Assembly (NCBI GenBank): GCA_017694295.1
Contig: JADINA010000007.1
Span: 5,754-69,753, forward strand
Reading direction: 5' to 3'
Length of the DNA stretch: 64,000 nt
From: Candidatus Alloenteromonas pullistercoris
GTDB taxonomy: Bacteria > Bacillota_I > Bacilli_A > RFN20 > CAG-826
Positions 57,366 through 64,000 of the stretch are shown piece after piece (position 1 is the first letter of the stretch; each line of letters begins with the position of its first letter). The notes under the pieces were generated by a model. That model was not told where the DNA came from. It saw nothing but the letters and a program-made list of their open reading frames with translations, and did not search any database. The position numbers were made by a program, and so were the translations under genes.

Positions 57366-60300
57366 TCAGAGGGCGTAGGTTTGGAAGCTATTGGCCGCGA
57401 CTTGGACCTCGGTTTCGGTCCCATCGTGGTGGACGGTAACCGTTTTGGCCTCGCCCGGATTCCAGATGACAGCGACCTTGCTTCCGCCATTCTCATACAC
57501 CATCCCGGCGACCATATCGCCGGATTCGACGTAATCAGAGGCGCTGCGGGAACCCAAGGTCTTGTTGGCGTGCACCATGTAGTAGGAGAGGCTAAGCTCG
57601 CTTGGGTATTGCTCGGACAAGATGGTGGAGGCGTCGAAGGAGGAGATGGCGGAATCGGGATCGAAGATCGACTCGATGGCCCAGAGGTAGGAATGCCACA
57701 CCCGCGGCGCCCCGGTCCCGGTGGCCTCGCACATCTGCTCGTAAATCCCCTCGAGGATCGTTAGCTCCTCCGAGCCGAGGGCGTAGGAATTCAGGTATTC
57801 CCCGGTCGGGAGCCAGTGGATGCCGTAGATGAACTCGGGGTTGGGCCCGAACCAGGTCTGGTATTCGTTTTTGGTCCCCCAGACGATGCCGACGGCCCCG
57901 ACGTTGTCCTCAAACGCGTCGATCCAGTTGTCGCCGTCGTAGTTGAACCAGTATTGCTTGATGGCCTCAAGCTCGGTGGTGAAGCCGTAAATCGCGGCGT
58001 CGATGGCCTGTTGGTCCTCCATGACGAGGCCCATCAAATAGCCGCCGACCCAGGAATTGAGCGCTTCGCCCGAGGACTCCTGGTTGTTGCCGTCGGACGC
58101 ATCGCCCTTCCCGTCGGCCCAGGAATGGCCAGCGTAGGGGTCGAAGGTCCTAAATAACGGGAACCTCCCATCCTCCTCGTCGTAATTCATGTAGTCCTTC
58201 ACCATGGTCATTGCCATCTCGCCATAACCTTCCTTGAAGGTCGGGTCGTAATAGGAGAGGACGGCCGAGGCGAAGGTTAAGTAGCCGCCGGTGAAGTGAT
58301 GGTCGGAAAGCCGCGAGGCGGTGGAGAAGTCGTCGTTGCTCCAAATGAGGGAGCCGGCGACCTCGTCGTAATACATGTAGCGCTCATCGGTCGTCCCGGA
58401 ATAGGTCCACCAGTCGACCAAATCACCGCGGAGGATGCCCATGATGTCGCTCTTAGCCTCCTCATCCCCGATCTGGTCGGCGATGATTAGACCCTGCGCC
58501 AGCGGGTAGATGGCTTTGGCGTTCCAATAGGGCCCGGGGGCGTCGATGAAGTTTTGGTTGGCCTCGGTGAAGGCCTCGTCGCTCGGGGTGTTGTGCTCAA
58601 GAAGCGAATCGAGGTATTCCCCCATCGTCGCCTCGTCGAAGGAGGCGTCGGAGGGCTTGGTGAAGCTAGGCAGCAAGCCGGCGAAGCTCATGGTGGTTCT
58701 GATCTCGCTACCCTCGGTCATCTTCATGGTGCCGCGGATGGTCGAAAGGGTATGCTCCTGCCCTATCGCCGAGTCGGAGTTTTTCCATTGGTGCGGGAGC
58801 AATCCGATGATCGGGTTGGCCTCGCCCTCTTTCTCCATGACGTGGACTTTGTAGCCGAGGGTCGTCTTGACCTCATTGGTCGAATGGTCGACCTCATAGG
58901 AATAATAGGTGGAGTCGATGAAGGTCCCCTTTGCTTTGGCGTAGAAGGCGGTTTCGCTGACCGAGGCGAGGGTGCCGACGCTCATGTAGTTGCCTTCCAA
59001 GGCGCCGGTTATCGTCCCGATGTGGCCCGGATCGGAGAAGTCGGGGGCGAAGGTGAATGAGGACCCCTCGGGGGCGAGGACGATGAAGTTCTGCTCCTCG
59101 TAGATTGGCTGGCCAACGCCGGGGTTAGGCCAATTGGGCTGATATCCGATGTGCTTTTTCGGGCAATGGAGGACGAAGCCGGTGGAGACGGAGGAGCTGC
59201 GCCAATCGATCTTGTTGCCGGAAAGGTCATAGACCTCGAATGGCTGGGTGACCCCGCCGCGGGCGAGGGCGATGCTAATTTGGTTGGTGTCGAACTCATA
59301 GAAGCCAAAAGGCGAACCCTGGACCATGGTCGCCACCATGTTGGCCTTGCCCGTGTTTTGGTCTACCATGGCGAGCTTAACCGAGTTCTCCGAGTAAGAG
59401 ACGACCTCGGTTTGGGGGGCGCTAGGCAAGGTGGAGGGCTTGATGGTCAAATCGGCGAAGGTCGGGGTGAAGTTGGACATGGTCGGGCCCTCCACACCAG
59501 TGACGGTGTCGATGGCCTTCTTGAACGACTCCGCCCCGCCGCGATTTATCTCGGTCATGGTGATGCCGTTGGCGTTGGCTCCAAAAACCAGCGGGTTGGC
59601 CGCCGCCCTGGTCTCCCCGCCGTAATTGCCGTAGAAGAAGCCCGAATACCAGGTGTTGGTCGGCACCGGGCCGTCGTTGAAGGCGGAATTGGAAAGGTTG
59701 GTGGCCTCCGGGGAGCGGGCTATCGGCTTGACGGAGCTTTGCCCGGTCTGGGGGTCGTTGTAGGCGACCGTCGGATTGGCCCCGCCCTGGAGGTAGGAGG
59801 CTTCGCCGAGGACGTTGGTCTTTTCCGCGCCATAGGCCCTATTGCGGGCCTCTTCCGCGGGGATGGGCCCGGATTCGACCAAGACGGTCCGCCTCGCGAT
59901 GGCGGGCTCGCCGGAGGTCGCTATCTCGTAAACGAGCTCATACGACCCGGGGACGCCGTAATCGACATGGCCTTTGCAGACGATCCTATCGGTCAAATCG
60001 GCCTCGTTGGTGTCATGGGCCGTCACGCCTTCGAAGACGTCGAAATACTGCCCCGCCTTAATCGTGGCGTTGCCTACCCCATCGAAGGTCACATCCCCCA
60101 CGACCACCGGCTCATCGGGCTCCTCGCTTGAGGAGGAGGTGGAGTCGGAGGAAGAGGAGGAGGAATCAGTCGAATCTTCCGAGGAGGAGTCGCTTGAGGA
60201 ATCGCTCGATTCGGTGGAATCGCCGCTTTCGACTTCGCTTTCCGATGAGGAGGAAGAGGAGGTTTGGCTATCCGAATCGGTTTCCGAGGACTCGATCGGG

Positions 60301-60458
60301 GAGCTTTCCGAGGACTCCGTGTCGCCTGAGGGGGTGGATTGGCTTGGCAAAGACGATTCGCTTTCTTCCGAATCGGGGACTTGGGAGGTCTTTTCACCGC
60401 AGCCCGCGAGGGCCAGCCCGGTCAAAGCCAAGGCTAAGACAAGGGATTTATTTTTCAT
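57366..60458 (-). CDS. GH81-family endo-beta-1,3-glucanase lipoprotein with Ser/Asp/Glu-rich linker and Ig-like (DUF5011-type) domain
   Basis: Start re-assigned to ATG 60458 (MKNKSLVLALALTGLALAGCG lipobox) with GGAAAGGAAAG RBS; GH81 signatures LSDHHFTGGY (cf. NDHHFHYGY) and NQESSGEALNSW (cf. ESTSEAVN catalytic Glu pair). Confidence 0.75.
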   Translation of the reverse strand: MKNKSLVLALALTGLALAGCGEKTSQVPDSEESESSLPSQSTPSGDTESSESSPIESSETDSDSQTSSSSSSESEVESGDSTESSDSSSDSSSEDSTDSSSSSSDSTSSSSEEPDEPVVVGDVTFDGVGNATIKAGQYFDVFEGVTAHDTNEADLTDRIVCKGHVDYGVPGSYELVYEIATSGEPAIARRTVLVESGPIPAEEARNRAYGAEKTNVLGEASYLQGGANPTVAYNDPQTGQSSVKPIARSPEATNLSNSAFNDGPVPTNTWYSGFFYGNYGGETRAAANPLVFGANANGITMTEINRGGAESFKKAIDTVTGVEGPTMSNFTPTFADLTIKPSTLPSAPQTEVVSYSENSVKLAMVDQNTGKANMVATMVQGSPFGFYEFDTNQISIALARGGVTQPFEVYDLSGNKIDWRSSSVSTGFVLHCPKKHIGYQPNWPNPGVGQPIYEEQNFIVLAPEGSSFTFAPDFSDPGHIGTITGALEGNYMSVGTLASVSETAFYAKAKGTFIDSTYYSYEVDHSTNEVKTTLGYKVHVMEKEGEANPIIGLLPHQWKNSDSAIGQEHTLSTIRGTMKMTEGSEIRTTMSFAGLLPSFTKPSDASFDEATMGEYLDSLLEHNTPSDEAFTEANQNFIDAPGPYWNAKAIYPLAQGLIIADQIGDEEAKSDIMGILRGDLVDWWTYSGTTDERYMYYDEVAGSLIWSNDDFSTASRLSDHHFTGGYLTFASAVLSYYDPTFKEGYGEMAMTMVKDYMNYDEEDGRFPLFRTFDPYAGHSWADGKGDASDGNNQESSGEALNSWVGGYLMGLVMEDQQAIDAAIYGFTTELEAIKQYWFNYDGDNWIDAFEDNVGAVGIVWGTKNEYQTWFGPNPEFIYGIHWLPTGEYLNSYALGSEELTILEGIYEQMCEATGTGAPRVWHSYLWAIESIFDPDSAISSFDASTILSEQYPSELSLSYYMVHANKTLGSRSASDYVESGDMVAGMVYENGGSKVAVIWNPGEAKTVTVHHDGTETEVQVAANSFQTYAL
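60108..60374. repeat. Low-complexity GA-rich coding tract encoding an ~89-aa Ser/Asp/Glu/Thr linker of the GH81 lipoprotein
   Basis: Plus strand is GAGGAGGAAGAGGA-type purine-rich; translates on minus strand to SEESESS...SSSSSSESEVESGDSTESSDSSSDSSSEDSTDSSSSSSDS. Confidence 0.8.
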
Positions 60459-60482
60459 CGCTTTCCTTTCCGGTTCAACTTG

Positions 60483-60626
60483 TGAAACCGCTTTCATAAG
60501 TATTGTATTGAGGGTCAAAGGAAAGGTCAAAACTATTAAGAAAGCGGTTTCTCAAATCGATTCGCCAAAAAAGCGAAACCCCGATGCCATCGCTAGGAAA
60601 GAAAAGGGAAACAAAGCGAAACCGGA
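60483..60626. promoter_or_regulatory. Cluster of GAAACCG(C/G)-type repeats upstream of the GH81 gene, including a cre-like site TGAAACCGCTTTCA
   Basis: GAAACCGCTTTC (60484..60495) and its exact reverse complement GAAAGCGGTTTC (60540..60551) 44 nt apart. Further GCGAAACC copies at ~60573 and ~60616. First site fits CcpA cre consensus TGNAANCGNWNNCW and lies ~25 nt upstream of the ATG. Confidence 0.35.
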
Positions 60627-60675
60627 AAAGGGCGTTTGCCTAAAAACCGGATTTTGCCCAAAAAATGGGGGTCGA

Positions 60676-62877
60676 TCAGTACTCAAGCGGGTTGACGTCG
60701 CAGCTTATCCTCACCCCGCCTTTGCCGGAAAGCGAGCCAAGCAAATCGCGGATATAGCTCTTCACCGGCTCATTTTGCCGGAACTTGATGAGCAATTCGC
60801 GGCGGTAGACGCCGTTAAGCGATTCGTAATAGGGGATGAGGGGCCCGAGGGCGTCGACCCCCTCATAGCGGCGCGAGCACAAATCGGCTTTGACCCCGGC
60901 GGCGGCCGCGTTGGCCTTCTCTGGGCTGGAGGCGGAGAAGATGAGGTTGGCCAAAAAGCTATAAGGGGGGTAGCCGGATAGGCGGCGGGATTGCATCTCG
61001 ACCCTAAAGAAGGCGTCGTAATCCTGCTTGGCCCCGAGGGTGATGGCCGGGTTGGTCGGGTTGAAGGTCTGGATGACGGCCTCCCCCTCGCGCTCGCCCC
61101 GGCCGGCCCGCCCCACCGCCTGGGCGATGAGGTCGAAGGTCGACTCTCCGCTTCGGTATGTCGGTATCGAAAGCCCGACGTCGGCTAAAAGGACGCCGAC
61201 CAAAGTCACCAAGGGGAAATCGTGCCCTTTGGCGATCATCTGCGTCCCGACGAGGATGTCGAAATCCCCCTGCTTGAAGGAGGCGGTTATCCTTTCCCCG
61301 TTTTCCTTTATTTTCGAGACGTCGGAGTCGAGCCTGGCGACTTTGGCCTCGGGGAAAAGCTCCTCGAGGGTCTTGCACACCCTCTCCGTCCCATACCCGG
61401 CCCTCGCGATCCTGTCCCCATGGCATTCGGGGCAGGTGCCGTCGAAGTCGTCGACGTAGCCGCAATGGTGGCATTTAAGCAGCATGTCGGCCTTATGGAG
61501 GGTGAGGTGGGCGCCGCAACTAGGGCAAACGAAGACGTGCCCGCAGGAGGTGCAGGTCGAATAGGAGGCATAGCCCCGCCGATTGAGCAGCAATACCGTC
61601 TGCTCCTTTTTCGCTAGGCGGTCTTTGATCTTCGTAAGCAATAGTTTGGAGAACATCGGGGCTTGGCTATAGACTGCACCGCGCCTTCCCAAATCAACGA
61701 TTTCCGTCTTCGGAAGCGGCTTTTTGTTGACCCGCTCGTCAAGCCGGCAGAAGCCATAGACTCCTTTTTCCGCCCTCGCCCGGGTCTCAAGGCTTGGGGT
61801 GGCCGAGCCCAAAACGACTTTGCAATGGTGGCTTTTTCCGCGGAAGATGGCGGCTTCCCGGGCGTGGTAGAAGGGGGAGACATCTTGCTTATAGGATTCG
61901 ACGTGCTCCTCGTCGAGGATGATGAGTCCGATGTCGCTTAGGGGGGCGAAGACGGCGCTTCTGGCCCCGACGACGACTTTGGCCTCGCCCCTGGCGATGC
62001 GGCGGTATTCGTCGTATTTCTCCCCGGGGGTGAGGGAGCTATGGAGGATGGCGACCTGCTCGCCGAAGCGCGAACGGAAATAGGCGACCATGGCCGGGGT
62101 GAGGGAGATCTCGGGGACGAGCATGAGGATGTTTTTCCCTTTGCTTAGGTAATAGGAGGATAGATGAAGGTAGACCTCGGTTTTCCCTGAGCCCGTCACC
62201 CCCTGGAGGAGATAAACCTCCTTGTCCCCCTCGATTATCGCCTCATAGACGCTTTGCTGGGCCGAGGTCAAAGGGAGGGGGGCGCTTGGCTTAATTGAGC
62301 CGAGGTCAAGGCGGTTGACCTCGACCAGCCGCTGCCGCAGATAGCCTTTCTCGATAAGCGATTTGACGACGCTTGGGCTCCCCGCCTCCTTCTTCTTGGC
62401 GGTCTTCGCCTCCTTAAGGAGCCTTACGGCCTCCTTTTGCTTCGGGGTAAGCCCCTCCTCGTCGAAGCGGATGAGGTCGACGTAGCGCTCATAGGCGATC
62501 TTCGGCCCCTTAAGCGAGGAGCGGCGCGGCTTTAGCGAGCTCGGGAGCATGGCCTGGAGCATTTGGATGCGGGGACATAGGTAATAGGAGGAAAGCGACT
62601 CGCTTAGGGCATAGAGGTCTTCGCTAAGCAGCCTTTCCCGGTCGATAACCTCCTCGACGTAGGAAATGGGATAGCCCCGGGCCTTGGAGAGTTCCTCTTG
62701 GCTTAGCGAGGTCTCGGACACCTTGGTCACGAAGCCCATCAGCGGCTTTGGGTTGGAGCCGAATTTGACCAGCACGCGGAAGCCGACCCCGACCTCGATT
62801 CCGTCTTTGACGAGATAGTCAAAGGGGCGGTCAAGGGCGGAGGAAGGCAATTCGATGAGGACCTCGACTAGTTTCAT
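60676..62877 (-). CDS. priA: Primosomal protein N' (replication restart helicase PriA)
   Basis: Start re-assigned from TTG to the in-frame ATG (MKLVEVLIELP); Walker A GVTGSGKT, DEEH box, zinc-binding Cys cluster (CTSCGHVFVCPSCG...CHHCG...CPECHG), helicase C. Confidence 0.85.
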   Translation of the reverse strand: MKLVEVLIELPSSALDRPFDYLVKDGIEVGVGFRVLVKFGSNPKPLMGFVTKVSETSLSQEELSKARGYPISYVEEVIDRERLLSEDLYALSESLSSYYLCPRIQMLQAMLPSSLKPRRSSLKGPKIAYERYVDLIRFDEEGLTPKQKEAVRLLKEAKTAKKKEAGSPSVVKSLIEKGYLRQRLVEVNRLDLGSIKPSAPLPLTSAQQSVYEAIIEGDKEVYLLQGVTGSGKTEVYLHLSSYYLSKGKNILMLVPEISLTPAMVAYFRSRFGEQVAILHSSLTPGEKYDEYRRIARGEAKVVVGARSAVFAPLSDIGLIILDEEHVESYKQDVSPFYHAREAAIFRGKSHHCKVVLGSATPSLETRARAEKGVYGFCRLDERVNKKPLPKTEIVDLGRRGAVYSQAPMFSKLLLTKIKDRLAKKEQTVLLLNRRGYASYSTCTSCGHVFVCPSCGAHLTLHKADMLLKCHHCGYVDDFDGTCPECHGDRIARAGYGTERVCKTLEELFPEAKVARLDSDVSKIKENGERITASFKQGDFDILVGTQMIAKGHDFPLVTLVGVLLADVGLSIPTYRSGESTFDLIAQAVGRAGRGEREGEAVIQTFNPTNPAITLGAKQDYDAFFRVEMQSRRLSGYPPYSFLANLIFSASSPEKANAAAAGVKADLCSRRYEGVDALGPLIPYYESLNGVYRRELLIKFRQNEPVKSYIRDLLGSLSGKGGVRISCDVNPLEY

Positions 62878-62929
62878 GGCCAAATTGTAAAACAAAAGCC
62901 CCCGTCTTTTTTAGAGGGGGCGCGCATTC

Positions 62930-63493
62930 CTATTGGGCTTTTTTGATGATCTGCTCGATCTCGTCGGCGGCCCGGGTGACGGAATCGTTTAAGACGACGT
63001 ATCTATAAAAATGGGACATGGTGAGCTCGCTTCTGGCTTTCGCAAGCCTTTCGGCGATCGCCTCCTCGCTTTCGGTCTTCCTTCCCCTTATCCGCTCCTC
63101 GAGTTCCTGAATCGAAGGGGGCATTAGGAATATCGAGACCGCGTCGGGGCATTGCTTAAGGACCTTCAAGGTGCCGGAAACCTCGATTTCGAGCAAGACG
63201 TTTTTACCCTCCTCGAGCATCTTGGCGACCTTGTCCTTCGGGGTGCCGTAATAGTTGCCGACGAACTCGGCATACTCGAGCAGGTTGCCTTTGGCGATGT
63301 TGTCCTTGAATTGCTCGCGGGTGACGAAATAGTATTCGCGGCCGCTAACCTCGCCTTGGCGCATCGGGCGGGTGGTCATCGATATGGAATAGAAAAGGTT
63401 GAGGCCCGGCCGCTTCATCAATTCGGCGCGCACCGTCCCCTTGCCGACGCCAGATGGGCCGGAGAGGATTATGAGCAAGCCTTTTCTTTCCAT
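62930..63493 (-). CDS. gmk: Guanylate kinase
   Basis: P-loop LSGPSGVGKGT, 187 aa. Confidence 0.92.
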   Translation of the reverse strand: MERKGLLIILSGPSGVGKGTVRAELMKRPGLNLFYSISMTTRPMRQGEVSGREYYFVTREQFKDNIAKGNLLEYAEFVGNYYGTPKDKVAKMLEEGKNVLLEIEVSGTLKVLKQCPDAVSIFLMPPSIQELEERIRGRKTESEEAIAERLAKARSELTMSHFYRYVVLNDSVTRAADEIEQIIKKAQ

Positions 63494-63685
63494 TGTTTCC
63501 TTGGGTTATATGAAACAAATATTATTACCTATGGACAAAGATAATCAAGGGTTAGAGCCTTAAACCGGCCTTTGCCGGTAAATAAAAGGGGCGGTTACGA
63601 TATCATGACTCAAGAAGGCGATCACCCGATTGGCGCAGCATCCGCCCCTTTATCCATATCAAGCATCTTAAGCCGATGATCGCTT

Positions 63686-63994
63686 TCACTCCCCGAAATA
63701 TCTTGCCCTTAACCGTCTGGCCTGCTCAGCCGAAATCAAACCTTCGATTTCGGCGACGTTGATTGAGCTGTTCAATTGGTCGCTATAGCAATCGACCAAA
63801 GTGCTGCCATCGCGAACTGATTTTCTATAGTCGCAAATCGCATCATATAAGAATTGTGGAAGCGATCCTTTTGGCTCTTCATGTTCAAGCGCGAGCAATT
63901 CCTCTATCGAAATTTCCAAGGCTTTGGATATCGCCAAAAGGGTTCTGCCGGAGCATTCAAGCAAATCCGTCTTCGAATAGGCGATATCCGCCAA
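63686..63994 (-). CDS. XRE-family HTH protein (may extend beyond window end)
   Basis: N-terminal helix-turn-helix-like LLAISKALEISIEELLALE; ORF start lies 6 nt from the window edge. Confidence 0.45.
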   Translation of the reverse strand: MADIAYSKTDLLECSGRTLLAISKALEISIEELLALEHEEPKGSLPQFLYDAICDYRKSVRDGSTLVDCYSDQLNSSINVAEIEGLISAEQARRLRARYFGE

Positions 63995-64000
63995 AGTGGT

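Noticed and set aside
60108-60374. GA-rich low-complexity tract as a possible non-coding repeat or CRISPR-like array
   Set aside because: It is in frame within the GH81 lipoprotein gene and encodes a Ser/Asp/Glu linker; irregular, not spacer-repeat structured

Overview
Chromosomal segment, GC-rich (estimated by eye at roughly 55-60%), from a Firmicutes/Bacilli-like genome. Gene order tracks Bacillus subtilis closely: infC-rpmI-rplT; nifZ-thiI next to ezrA; rpsD facing tyrS; ytpR-trmB; glgC-glgD-glgA; gmk...priA...rsmB-rlmN-prpC-prkC-rpe; groES-groEL with CIRCE. Three accessory regions are embedded in this housekeeping backbone. (1) 2..11289, minus strand: a translationally coupled ~9-gene operon encoding two TasA/camelysin-like secreted proteins, a SipW-type signal peptidase, a membrane-anchored McrB/AAA_5-family ATPase coupled to a zinc-ribbon protein, a collagen-like lipoprotein, an 884-aa Tyr/Asn-rich secreted protein and an ABC exporter. 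This is the best candidate for an undescribed system, either fibre/surface assembly or a membrane-tethered McrBC-like module. (2) 23640..29413: a lower-GC defence island. It holds a C5-cytosine DNA methyltransferase carrying an in-frame (AG)10 dinucleotide repeat (phase-variation candidate), a MutH/Sau3AI-like endonuclease, a ParB/Srx-domain protein and a PLD-nuclease-SNF2-helicase fusion. (3) 56152..60675: a GH81 beta-1,3-glucanase lipoprotein with a long Ser/Asp/Glu linker and cre-like inverted repeats upstream, sitting where Bacillus has def-fmt. Other points: infC appears to start at a non-AUG codon (AUC) behind a leader hairpin; leuS has a near-leaderless promoter and no T-box; the rsmB-like gene has lost both catalytic cysteines; the PrkC-like kinase lacks TM and PASTA domains and rsgA is absent. 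No rRNA, tRNA, CRISPR or integrase/transposase genes were recognised. The ORF track uses GTG/TTG starts in places, so some starts were re-assigned to in-frame ATGs with an RBS. Sub-ORF coordinates may be off by +/-1.
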